Positions 29,233 through 38,368 of a DNA stretch of 56,491 nucleotides are shown one piece after another. Made by a program: the position numbers and the translations under genes. The DNA is from Opitutaceae bacterium (GTDB lineage: Bacteria; Verrucomicrobiota; Verrucomicrobiia; Opitutales; Opitutaceae): contig JANQKU010000139.1 in assembly GCA_028280955.1 (NCBI GenBank), forward strand, positions 1 through 56,491. The letters are read 5' to 3'. How positions within the stretch are numbered: the first letter of the stretch is position 1; the number at the start of each line of letters is the position of its first letter. A model generated the notes under the pieces. That model was not told the DNA's origin, ran no database searches, and saw only the letters and a list, made by a program, of their open reading frames with translations.

Positions 29233-30537
29233 ATGAATACAGAAAATCAAAAAATCGCGATTGTTGGACTTGGATATGTTGGATTACCGCTGGCTATCAG
29301 ATTCGCGGAATCGGACGTTTCGGTAATAGGCCTGGATTTGGACTCTTCCAAAGTCGAGTCGATCAATCGAGGAGAATCCTACATCAAACACATTGAAGCT
29401 TCATCCATTAAGCCACTTGTCGAAGGCAAACTATTCGAAGCTTCTACAGATTTTGAGCGAATCAAGGAAGTCGAAGCGATTCTGATTTGTGTTCCCACTC
29501 CGCTAAATCAATACCGGGAGCCCAATATCGACTACGTGCTAGAAACCGGAAAATCAGTCGCACCATTTCTAGGAGAAAGAAGCAAGAAGCCAGGAACCAG
29601 GAAAAAATTGGTTGTCCTAGAAAGCACGACCTATCCTGGAACAACCGACACCGACCTTCGCCGAGTGTTGGAAAATGAATCAGGACTAAAGGCCGGTGTC
29701 GATTTTCACTTGGCATTTTCTCCGGAGAGAGAAGATCCAGGCCGAACCGATCACTCGGTAAAATCGATCCCAAAGGTGATGGGAGGTTTTTCTCCAGAGT
29801 GTCTCGAAAGGTGCCAGGAACTCTACTCCAAAGCCCTGGATTCCGTTTATCCGGTTGCAAACTGTCGGGTCGCTGAAGCCACGAAATTGACCGAAAATAT
29901 CTTCAGGTCAGTGAACATTGCACTCGTCAATGAGCTAAAGGTCGTTTTTGAAGCAATGGAAATTGATGTGTGGGACGTCGTGAACGCAGCAGCAACAAAG
30001 CCATTTGGCTTCATGCCTTTTTACCCTGGACCAGGTCTAGGAGGTCATTGCATACCGATCGACCCATTTTATCTGACGTGGAAGGCTCGGGAATATGAAA
30101 AACACACTCGCTTCATCGAACTCGCGGGAGAAATCAACACTTCGATGCCGGATTACGTCCTGGGCAAGGTTGCAGATGCCCTTAACGCAGAAAGCAAATC
30201 CATAAAAGGATCAAAAATACTGATCCTGGGAATGGCATATAAGCCTAATGTGGATGACGATCGCGAGTCGCCAAGCTATGTTCTGATGGAAAAGCTGGAA
30301 CAAAAAGGCGCTGTTGTGAGTTATAATGATCCTCATGTTCCAGTCATAAAACCCACTAGAGAATTCTCTCACTTTGCAGGAAAGAAATCCCAAGAAATTA
30401 CTGCCGATTACGATTGTATTCTCCTAGCAACTCACCACAGGGAATATGCCGATTTTGACTTCTCGGATTTCGACATACCCATCGTAGACACGCGCAACTG
30501 CATCAAGAAACGAAACTCAAAATACTACAAAAGCTGA
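29233..30537 (+). CDS. UDP-N-acetylhexosamine 6-dehydrogenase family (WbpA/WbpO/TviB-like nucleotide-sugar dehydrogenase)
   Basis: 'IAIVGLGYVGLPLAIRFAE', 'ILICVPTPL', 'GPGLGGHCIPIDPFYLTWKA', 'ILGMAYKPNVDDDRESPS'. Confidence 0.9.
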   Translation: MNTENQKIAIVGLGYVGLPLAIRFAESDVSVIGLDLDSSKVESINRGESYIKHIEASSIKPLVEGKLFEASTDFERIKEVEAILICVPTPLNQYREPNIDYVLETGKSVAPFLGERSKKPGTRKKLVVLESTTYPGTTDTDLRRVLENESGLKAGVDFHLAFSPEREDPGRTDHSVKSIPKVMGGFSPECLERCQELYSKALDSVYPVANCRVAEATKLTENIFRSVNIALVNELKVVFEAMEIDVWDVVNAAATKPFGFMPFYPGPGLGGHCIPIDPFYLTWKAREYEKHTRFIELAGEINTSMPDYVLGKVADALNAESKSIKGSKILILGMAYKPNVDDDRESPSYVLMEKLEQKGAVVSYNDPHVPVIKPTREFSHFAGKKSQEITADYDCILLATHHREYADFDFSDFDIPIVDTRNCIKKRNSKYYKS

Positions 30538-30601
30538 TGAAGTTCAGTCATCCGGAGAGGAAAAAGTCGAGGTCAAGAAAGCGTTAGCAAAACTCTAGTC
30601 T

Positions 30602-31729
30602 ATGATCAAAGCCATTGATAAATGGGGATATCCATTTCTTAAAAACATCCTCACCAAACCTTCTCCGAAGGGGGAGATCCATGTGATGATCGCACTCTGC
30701 GACCACTTCGAACCTCTCTCCCCAAATGCATCGAAAAGCATCCAACAAGGAGAAGAGAGAGTTCAAAGGTGGTTAGATCAATGGCCAACGATCGCCTCGG
30801 GAATCAAGGACTCAGACGGTCGCGAGCCAAAACACACTATTTTCTATCCAGCTGAAGAAGCTGAAAGACCAGATCACTTCATTCCAAAGATTAAACCTCT
30901 AGCGGAAAGCGGATACGCTGAAGTGGAAATCCACCTTCACCACGACAACGACACTGCTGACGGTCTAACCGCTACCTTAGAGAGATTCAGAGATTACCTT
31001 AGTCAGGAGCAGCTGCTGGGCTTAGATGAAGAAGGTAACGCAAAATACGGTTTCATCCACGGAAATTGGGCTCTTTGCAACAGTCGTCCGGATGGAAGAC
31101 ATTGCGGTGTAAATGAGGAGATCGAAATCCTTCTGAAAACGGGATGTTACGCAGACTTCACATTCCCTTCGCTACCCTCACCTACCCAACCTAGGAATTT
31201 CTGCAACAATATCTACTTTGCGAAAAACATTCCTGGCCGACCCAGATCTCACGACCATGGTCGCTTAGCCAAGGTCGGAATTGAAACTCGTCCCGAAGAA
31301 CTTCTGCTTTTTCAAGGTCCGGTTGCGTTGAACTGGTCTTGGAGAAAATGGGGAGTTATTCCTCGAATCGAACATGCGGATCTTTGTGGAACGAATCCTC
31401 CTTCTCCGCAACGCGCAGATCTTTGGATTCGGAAAGGGATTCATGTCGCTGGAAATCCGAACTGGATTTTTGTGAAACTACACACCCACGGCTGCCTCGA
31501 ATCCAACATGAAAGCGCTTCTGGATGGAAAGTGGGAAGAAACACTGACCTATTTGCAGAGCCTCCAAGAAGAAAACCCGGAGGTCAGCATACATTTCGTC
31601 TCTGCCCGCGAAATGTACAATATTTCGCAAGCAGCGATTTACGGACACAAAGACAATCCAGGAAATCACCGAGATTTCAAAATCAGCAAACCTCTGCTTC
31701 ACAACAGATTAGAGAAGCGACCCCAATAG
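30602..31729 (+). CDS. Hypothetical protein (possibly a carbohydrate-modifying hydrolase/deacetylase-like enzyme)
   Basis: Long ORF at the end of the glycan block. His/Asp-rich motifs 'IALCDHFEP', 'EIHLHHDND', 'FIHGNWALCNS', 'KLHTHG'. No confident family call. Confidence 0.45.
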   Translation: MIKAIDKWGYPFLKNILTKPSPKGEIHVMIALCDHFEPLSPNASKSIQQGEERVQRWLDQWPTIASGIKDSDGREPKHTIFYPAEEAERPDHFIPKIKPLAESGYAEVEIHLHHDNDTADGLTATLERFRDYLSQEQLLGLDEEGNAKYGFIHGNWALCNSRPDGRHCGVNEEIEILLKTGCYADFTFPSLPSPTQPRNFCNNIYFAKNIPGRPRSHDHGRLAKVGIETRPEELLLFQGPVALNWSWRKWGVIPRIEHADLCGTNPPSPQRADLWIRKGIHVAGNPNWIFVKLHTHGCLESNMKALLDGKWEETLTYLQSLQEENPEVSIHFVSAREMYNISQAAIYGHKDNPGNHRDFKISKPLLHNRLEKRPQ

Positions 31730-31825
31730 ATCACTTTATTTTAGGTAAATCCTCCAAAATTTGACTTGGAATTTCGTAAAAAAGAAGTCAAATTCCGTGG
31801 CTCTATCTTACCTACGCCACCCTTG

Positions 31826-32221
31826 ATGAAAAATTTCGGAACAACAGATATTTCTTACCTGAGCACCTTCTCATGGTGCTACGAAGAAAACCGATTTCAC
31901 AAGTTCAACGTCTACTCGATCGGAGAGGACTTAAACACAAACCCAGGTATCTATGTTCTAGCCGTGATTAATCACCAAAGATGGATTCCGCTGTTTGTTG
32001 GAATGACGGACGATCTTTCAAAACTCAGGGATGAGAAAAGGAAAACTTACAAAAAAGCACTCAAAATAGGTGCAACTCACGTACACGTCAGCACCGTACA
32101 TGAATATGATCTGAGAGAAGAGGTCTTTCTCGGAATGATTGACTTCTTCGAGCCTCCACTTAACGAAAAGCGTTTTTCAGCGGAAGCGATTCAAGCCATT
32201 TATTTAGCACTTAAAGTCTAA
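31826..32221 (+). CDS. Hypothetical protein
   Basis: ORF ending just before a hairpin terminator. 'GIYVLAV......IPLFVGMTDDLSKLR' is only faintly GIY-YIG-like. Start uncertain (TTG at 31766 or ATG at 31826). Confidence 0.35.
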   Translation: MKNFGTTDISYLSTFSWCYEENRFHKFNVYSIGEDLNTNPGIYVLAVINHQRWIPLFVGMTDDLSKLRDEKRKTYKKALKIGATHVHVSTVHEYDLREEVFLGMIDFFEPPLNEKRFSAEAIQAIYLALKV

Positions 32222-32314
32222 AGTTCGCTGTTGATGATGACTGAGACGTTCATGCCACTAAAAGTCTCATCATTTTAATCAAAGCAAGCGGACTTCTGGC
32301 TAAGAACTTTCATA

Positions 32315-32348
32315 AAACCTTCGGTTTTCACCGGAGGTTTTTTTGTTT
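32315..32348 (+). terminator. Rho-independent terminator closing the glycan block
   Basis: AAACCTTCGG-ttttca-CCGGAGGTTT stem followed by TTTTTTGTTT. Confidence 0.6.
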
Positions 32349-32586
32349 AACATTACTCTTAAGATCGGGTATGTATCGAACGCATGAAACCCCAATTTTA
32401 CCCCTCTTTTTGCGTACAAAACAAGAAAGTCACTCATAAACACTCAATGATATGTCTGAATTACTCTTCTTCAGAGTAAATGCTTTTCATATGAAATAAT
32501 TAAACTAAGAATAAGAAGCATTTGTCCAAACCGGTAAACCTCACATGAGAGCAAAAGTATCATAGTTTGGAGCTCATACAGTAAAC

Positions 32587-33951
32587 TTACATTGGTATCC
32601 GTAAGATATCTCCTACGGTAGAAAGTCCTCTCCTCAAATGAACTACATCATCCGGTCCACTCAGTGCGATTCTAACAGCGTTTATCGAGGAAGCGTGGCT
32701 AACGGTGAAATAGTCCTGAGGCGTAACGATCACACCGTGTTCACTCGCCTCGCGCGCGAAATCAGTCGAATTCCACTCCTCAGGAAGCTGCAACCAAACA
32801 AAATAACCAGTGTCTTGCATACTGAATTGATGACCCCCAAGAATCTCCTTCGCGACTTGATTGCGTTTGCGAGCTTCCTCCCTCTTAAGTCTGATCGTCT
32901 TGTCGGCAACACCATTTGCAATCCAGTGATTCATAACTTTTGCGGACAAAGGTGATACCATCCACATCAAATCTGCCAAGCATTGTTCGACACGTTTGAG
33001 ATATCCAGCTGGAAGCACCAAATAACCGTAACGAAGTCCGCAACACACTGCCTTCGAAAAGCTTGCCACGTAGAAAGTCCGATCAGGCAATATGCTAAAA
33101 ATTGGAAGAAATTGATCCTTCGACAACAGCGCGTAGGCGTCGTCTTCGATCACAAAAAGCTCCTCCTTTTCTGCAATTTCAGCAATCGCTCGGCGCCGTT
33201 CCACGCTCATGCTCGCCGCAGTCGGGTTGTGACAGGTAGGCATACAATAGATCCCTTTGAGCTTGTGCGTGTGCGCGATGCGCTCCAGATCCTCAGGTAG
33301 CATTCCTTCCTCGTCCATCTCAACCGAGACAAGCTTGATGCCGAATCGTCTTCCGAGAGTTTTGAATAAGGGATAAGTCACCTTCTCGACCGCGATTGAA
33401 TCTCCTGCGCTGAAAATGCTTCCCAATACCAACGCCAAGGCGTTTTGTCCACCAGCAGTGATTAAAACCTGATCTGCCTTCACGTCTAAGAAATATCTAG
33501 TGAGCCAGCGTGCTCCGATCTCCCGATCTTCCAACCTTCCTTTTGAAGGGTAGTATCTCAGAAGTCCCTGAAGATCGTTCTCTTCCGCCAAATACGCAAA
33601 AGCCTGAGACATCGGTGGGTCCAAATGGTGAAGAGGCAAAGTCATTCCCATGTCCACTGCGTTTTTGGGACTCTCCTCAGCGTGTGTGAGAAACGGCTCT
33701 CCGAATCCCTTACCCGCAACAAAGCTACCTCGGCCGGTTTCTCCCCTCAGAAGACCTCTTTTGGAAGCTTCGCTGTATGCCCGTGTTACAGTCCCGACTG
33801 TCACCCCTAATCGATCTGCCAGCTCACGATGTGGGGGAAGCTGAAATCCAGGAGATATTCTCTCCTTCACGATGTCTTCTTCAATCGCATCAGCGATCAT
33901 TTTATATTTTGGACCTTCAAAACAATCCAGATCAGGCAGCCACATTGTCAT
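32587..33951 (-). CDS. MocR/PdxR-type regulator (GntR HTH fused to a PLP aminotransferase-like domain)
   Basis: 'YKMIADAIEEDI...RISPGFQLPPHRELADRLGVTVGTVTRAYSEA' wHTH. The fold-type I aminotransferase body includes 'ASFSKAV'. Several candidate Met starts (33978, 33951, 33945). Confidence 0.85.
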   Translation of the reverse strand: MTMWLPDLDCFEGPKYKMIADAIEEDIVKERISPGFQLPPHRELADRLGVTVGTVTRAYSEASKRGLLRGETGRGSFVAGKGFGEPFLTHAEESPKNAVDMGMTLPLHHLDPPMSQAFAYLAEENDLQGLLRYYPSKGRLEDREIGARWLTRYFLDVKADQVLITAGGQNALALVLGSIFSAGDSIAVEKVTYPLFKTLGRRFGIKLVSVEMDEEGMLPEDLERIAHTHKLKGIYCMPTCHNPTAASMSVERRRAIAEIAEKEELFVIEDDAYALLSKDQFLPIFSILPDRTFYVASFSKAVCCGLRYGYLVLPAGYLKRVEQCLADLMWMVSPLSAKVMNHWIANGVADKTIRLKREEARKRNQVAKEILGGHQFSMQDTGYFVWLQLPEEWNSTDFAREASEHGVIVTPQDYFTVSHASSINAVRIALSGPDDVVHLRRGLSTVGDILRIPM

Positions 33952-34004
33952 AGTGACAATAAATACATTGACCCTCACTTTGTGTCAATCTAAAGAATTT
34001 CAGC

Positions 34005-34517
34005 GTGAATACTGAGATCATTCCATTTTCGAGCAAGTACAGATGCTACCTCAAATCTCTCAACGAAGCGTGGCTCAAAAAATATTTCTACGTAGAAGCA
34101 TCCGACGTCATTCAACTCGGCAATCCCGAGAAGGAAATAATCGAAAAAGGAGGTTTTATCTATTTCGCCAAGGTAGGGACAAAAGTCGTTGGAGTGTCCG
34201 CCCTCATGTTGCTTGAAGACGGTGTTTACGAGCTTAGCAAAATGGCCGTTGACGAAAACTACCAAGGCCAGGGAATCGGTAAAAAACTCGCTATCGTTTG
34301 CATCGAAAAAGCTAACGAAATTTTCGCGCGCAAAGTGATTCTTTACTCCAACCGGAAACTCAAGAGAGCGATCCGTCTTTATGAGCATTTGGGCTTTGAG
34401 GAAGTGGACCTGGTTGACCAGCATTACGATCGAGCAGACATCAAAATGGAGCTAGACCTACACTCTAAGAGGCACAAAGCACTTTCCTTTATGACGACAC
34501 ATTACTGGTATCGATGA
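34005..34517 (+). CDS. GNAT family N-acetyltransferase
   Basis: 'ELSKMAVDENYQGQGIGKKL' acetyl-CoA binding motif. Divergent from the MocR gene. Confidence 0.85.
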   Translation: MNTEIIPFSSKYRCYLKSLNEAWLKKYFYVEASDVIQLGNPEKEIIEKGGFIYFAKVGTKVVGVSALMLLEDGVYELSKMAVDENYQGQGIGKKLAIVCIEKANEIFARKVILYSNRKLKRAIRLYEHLGFEEVDLVDQHYDRADIKMELDLHSKRHKALSFMTTHYWYR

Positions 34518-35206
34518 ACATTTCAGTAAATTCATTTAACAAAGGGGCCCTTGCCAGCAGTCCTCTACTGACGGGAGTAATTCCCTTCGGAATTATTTGC
34601 GGCGTCACCTGTACCGAAACAGGGCTTAACCAATGGGAGGCGTTGGGAATGTCGAGCATCATTTTCGCGGGAGCGAGTCAAATCGTGGTGACTCAACTCA
34701 TGAATGAGCAAACACCGATCCTGATCATTGTCTTCACCGCCTTTCTCATCAATCTGAGGATGCTCATGTATAGCGCTTCGTTGGCACCCCACCTGAACCA
34801 TGAGACCCGACGCAAAAGGGCTTTTCTTTCCTACTTTTTGACAGATCAAGCATACGCAACATCTCTGCGAAGGTTTCTCGATGAAAACCAATCACCAGTC
34901 GACAAGCCCAGTTTCTATTTAGGAGCAGGATTACTGATGTGGACAGCTTTCAATGTCACCACATTTCTCGGCGCAAGTCTTGGCAACTTGATCCCTGATG
35001 AATGGGAGCTGGATTTTGCAATTCCCCTGACTTTTATCGCACTGCTCGTGCCGTTGATCAAGTCACGTATCGAACTAGTTACCTCTGTATTGGCGGGTGG
35101 CATTGCAATAGCAGCCTACGCTATCCCTCTCAACCTTGGGTTGCTTTTAGCGGCAGCTGCTGGAATCTCGGTAGGAAGCCTATTTGAATTGAAAAATGAA
35201 CAATAA
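34514..35206 (+). CDS. azlC: AzlC-family branched-chain amino acid exporter subunit
   Basis: 'GVIPFGIICGV.....GL..WEALGMSSIIFAGASQ' and 'YFLTDQAYA'. Confidence 0.85.
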   Translation: MNISVNSFNKGALASSPLLTGVIPFGIICGVTCTETGLNQWEALGMSSIIFAGASQIVVTQLMNEQTPILIIVFTAFLINLRMLMYSASLAPHLNHETRRKRAFLSYFLTDQAYATSLRRFLDENQSPVDKPSFYLGAGLLMWTAFNVTTFLGASLGNLIPDEWELDFAIPLTFIALLVPLIKSRIELVTSVLAGGIAIAAYAIPLNLGLLLAAAAGISVGSLFELKNEQ

Positions 35207-35525
35207 TCTTCAGTTCTGGATCGTGATCCTTGCTCTTGGACTACTTACATTCTCGATCCGGGCCTCATTTTTGGTGATGATGAAAAATCAGCAACTCCAC
35301 CCCCGAGTGTCGATCGGTCTGAAGTTCATCCCCACCTCTGTTTTGGCTGCACTCGCATTGCCAGCTGTTTTTCTGACAAGGACCAACGGTATTCAATTTA
35401 CTGAACCCGAGAGATGGTTAGCAGGATCAGTCGCACTCATGGTCGCGTGGCGTAGCAAGAACATCCTCGCCACAATCCTAAGCGGCATGCTAACCCTCTG
35501 GATTGCTAAGCACATCTTTGGCTGA
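35196..35525 (+). CDS. azlD: AzlD-family small membrane protein
   Basis: 109-aa four-TM protein overlapping the azlC stop. 'LLTFSIRASFLV'. Confidence 0.8.
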   Translation: MNNNLQFWIVILALGLLTFSIRASFLVMMKNQQLHPRVSIGLKFIPTSVLAALALPAVFLTRTNGIQFTEPERWLAGSVALMVAWRSKNILATILSGMLTLWIAKHIFG

Positions 35526-35531
35526 AAACAC

Positions 35532-38165
35532 CTAGAGCTCGCGCTTACTAAACATGTCTTTTGACTGTCCTTTGTCGCTACCAAAAACGATTCGTGATTC
35601 ATAAAGTTTTCGAATCGATTCGGCCAGTTTTTGCACGCGCACTGGCTTAGCAAGAAAGCCATCCATTCCCGCAGAGTAAGCATCAATGCGAGCTTGCTCA
35701 AACGCATTTGCCGTGACCGCCACGATATCGATATTTTTTTGGTCTTTGTTAATCTTGCCTGATCGGATTTGCTTCGTGGCTTCAATACCATCCATTTCTG
35801 GCATCAAATTGTCCATGAGAATCAAATCATAATGCTGAACCTCAAGACGGTTTAAGACCTCCACTCCATTCACTACAAAATGAGGATCGTAGCCCATTTT
35901 CTGGAGGATTTTACCGATTAGCTTCTGGTTAATCAGGTTATCTTCTGCAACCAATATGCGCGTTGGATAAAGCTTACCCCACTCGCTGAACTGACCCACT
36001 TTTTCCTTTTTCTTGCCGCGATCGAGAGTGGTTCTGTTCACGATCTTTTTTACCTCGATGGTAAAGGCAAACGAAGAGCCTACGCCAATTTCAGAGTTCA
36101 AAGTGATCTCACCGTTCATACCCTCGACTAAGCGTTTGCAGATGACCAATCCGAGACCGCTTCCCCCAAATTTTCGATAGGTCGAGGTGTCAGCCTGAGT
36201 AAATGGGCTAAAAAGCTTTTTCGCATTTTCTTGAGAAATACCGATTCCAGTATCTTTCACTTCAAACCTCAGTAGGTGATAATTCAAGTCACTGGCATTT
36301 CCTTCCGCCAAAGAGACCTTCAAGGAAACACAACCTTCCAAGGTAAATTTGACTGCGTTGGAGCATAGATTCATTAAAATCTGTCGGATCCTGCTTGAAT
36401 CACCATTCACCATCACTGGAACCATTTCATCAACAATGACTCGGTATTCCAACCCCTTGATCTTGGCCTGAGGTTCGATAATCCCACAAACATCTTCCAC
36501 ACACTCTCTAAGATCAAATGGATGCATTTCCAGCTCCAACTTATTGGACTCAATTTTGGAGAGATCTAAAATATCCTCGACGATGAATAATAGAGAGTCA
36601 CTGTTCGATATGATTGCTTCAACATACTCTTTTTGCTCCTTCGAGAGGCGGGTTTCTTCCATCAACTTCGCAAAGCCAGTGATACCATTGAGGGGAGTTC
36701 GGATCTCGTGGGTCATCGTTGCGAGAAACTCACTCTTCGCCTGGTTCGCCTTTTGAGCTTCTTCATTTGCAACTGAGAGCTTCTCCAATGTTTGATTAAG
36801 CAGGTTCGATCTTAAATTGAGCCAATGAACCAAAGTGCCTAATTCATCCTGTCTGGGCGTGCTAAAATAAACCGCCTTGTGTTCCTCGTTTTCTACCGCC
36901 GCTTCAAGCTCGTTTTGAACTTTTGCAAGGGGGGAAATATAACTTCTGTAAATTACCGCCAAAGCAAGCGCAGTAGCTATGACAAAAATGACCACAATCC
37001 AGAAAAGCAAAGATTGGTAAAACTCTCTAAATTGCTGATGAAAGTGCCTGTATTCGCTTACCAAGACGATTTTCCAGAAGGTCTCCGGAACGAGGTAAAT
37101 GGATACAATCGACCGACCATCAACCAAGATGTCAGCTTCGGCTACAAACTGCCTCACGGAACTCTCCCCGTGGGTCACAGGGTCATGTAACATGAAACTG
37201 ATCGTTTTTGCTTCGTCCTCCGCGATCTGATAACTCTCCGTGGCGATCAATTTAGCCTCCTCAAGTATCTCGTCAGTCCAGAGAGACAAATCGCTTCTAC
37301 TGCTAACGTCTTTGATCGATTCGGAAATGCTGAGGAACTCAGGGTCCATTTCGGCGAGATCAGATGCTTTTATATACTCTTTTTCACGGATGAGAGGATA
37401 CTTCTGATACTCTTTCGGAAAACTTAGAAACTTTCCATTCCTATCCACTGCAAATGCATACCCGGGTTGCGCCTGCGTAATTCGCTCCAGCAGTTGATTC
37501 ATCCCTGATAGCTTAATATCGATCGTCGCCACACCGTAAAAAAGCCCATCTCGGTACATCGGAGCAGTACATGTGACCATCGGCTCCATTGAATAGGGAT
37601 CCATGTAAGATTTTGACCAAAATACTTTCCTGTTTTTCAAATATTTGGCTGGAACATACCACTCTTCATTGTGGTATCCGTTACCTTCGGGATCGTTGTA
37701 ATCATCGTAGTATTCGAGAAGCCCTCTGCTATTTCTCCCCCAAAAGAAACTTCTACGCTCCAGCGCTGGATCAAATAACCACGGTTCCGGCCATATCCCT
37801 CCCCCAGCGATAATGTCGACCGACGCATTGTGATCGATGAGAGAAGAGAGCTGCTGACGGCTGTAATCGCTGTCTTCAAATATCGTTTCTCCGAGTCTGG
37901 CAAGTGAGATTGCGAGCGCCTCTGTTGCATGGATTTGCCCTTTTACTTTTGAGACAATCGCATCTCCTGACTTTTCGATAGATTGATAGGTCTGATCTTC
38001 CAGATAGTCCTTCACCCAAAATTCCATCAAAACGAAGAAAGAAGAAATGAGTAGAAGCAAGAGACCCAAAAAAATCAAAGGGATGCGGACCACCAATGAA
38101 TTTCTCCATTTCTTTCGATGTATTAAGGCTTTTTCAACCACTGAAATTGGTGCTTCTTTTTTCAC
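35532..38165 (-). CDS. Hybrid sensor histidine kinase / response regulator with Cache-like periplasmic domain
   Basis: Two TMs flank a ~330-aa sensor domain. H-box 'FLATMTHEIRTPLNGI', N/G boxes 'NLCSNAVKFT', 'DTGIGI', 'GGSGLGL'. C-terminal REC 'ILVAEDNLINQ...DLILMDNLMPEMDG'. Confidence 0.9.
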   Translation of the reverse strand: MKKEAPISVVEKALIHRKKWRNSLVVRIPLIFLGLLLLLISSFFVLMEFWVKDYLEDQTYQSIEKSGDAIVSKVKGQIHATEALAISLARLGETIFEDSDYSRQQLSSLIDHNASVDIIAGGGIWPEPWLFDPALERRSFFWGRNSRGLLEYYDDYNDPEGNGYHNEEWYVPAKYLKNRKVFWSKSYMDPYSMEPMVTCTAPMYRDGLFYGVATIDIKLSGMNQLLERITQAQPGYAFAVDRNGKFLSFPKEYQKYPLIREKEYIKASDLAEMDPEFLSISESIKDVSSRSDLSLWTDEILEEAKLIATESYQIAEDEAKTISFMLHDPVTHGESSVRQFVAEADILVDGRSIVSIYLVPETFWKIVLVSEYRHFHQQFREFYQSLLFWIVVIFVIATALALAVIYRSYISPLAKVQNELEAAVENEEHKAVYFSTPRQDELGTLVHWLNLRSNLLNQTLEKLSVANEEAQKANQAKSEFLATMTHEIRTPLNGITGFAKLMEETRLSKEQKEYVEAIISNSDSLLFIVEDILDLSKIESNKLELEMHPFDLRECVEDVCGIIEPQAKIKGLEYRVIVDEMVPVMVNGDSSRIRQILMNLCSNAVKFTLEGCVSLKVSLAEGNASDLNYHLLRFEVKDTGIGISQENAKKLFSPFTQADTSTYRKFGGSGLGLVICKRLVEGMNGEITLNSEIGVGSSFAFTIEVKKIVNRTTLDRGKKKEKVGQFSEWGKLYPTRILVAEDNLINQKLIGKILQKMGYDPHFVVNGVEVLNRLEVQHYDLILMDNLMPEMDGIEATKQIRSGKINKDQKNIDIVAVTANAFEQARIDAYSAGMDGFLAKPVRVQKLAESIRKLYESRIVFGSDKGQSKDMFSKREL

Positions 38166-38368
38166 CTTTCGGCTAACGAGTTAAAATAGTAAGAGATGAA
38201 AACTGCGGTTTTTGGCAAACCTCACGAACAGTTTGTAAAACGGCCCTTCCTATCTTGTCCTGGTTGATGAACGGCAAATTACTCTCAAGCCTAACTACAA
38301 AAGCTGGAGAACTCACAAAAATCTTCCAAATTCAGGAGATTCTTAAACAAGAAAACTCACCACAGCGC

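Noticed and set aside
32460-32480. Hairpin TTACTCT-tcttc-AGAGTAA in the convergent intergenic region as the terminator of the MocR gene
   Set aside because: It has a short A/T-rich stem without a U-tract on the minus strand, so it is not supported well enough.
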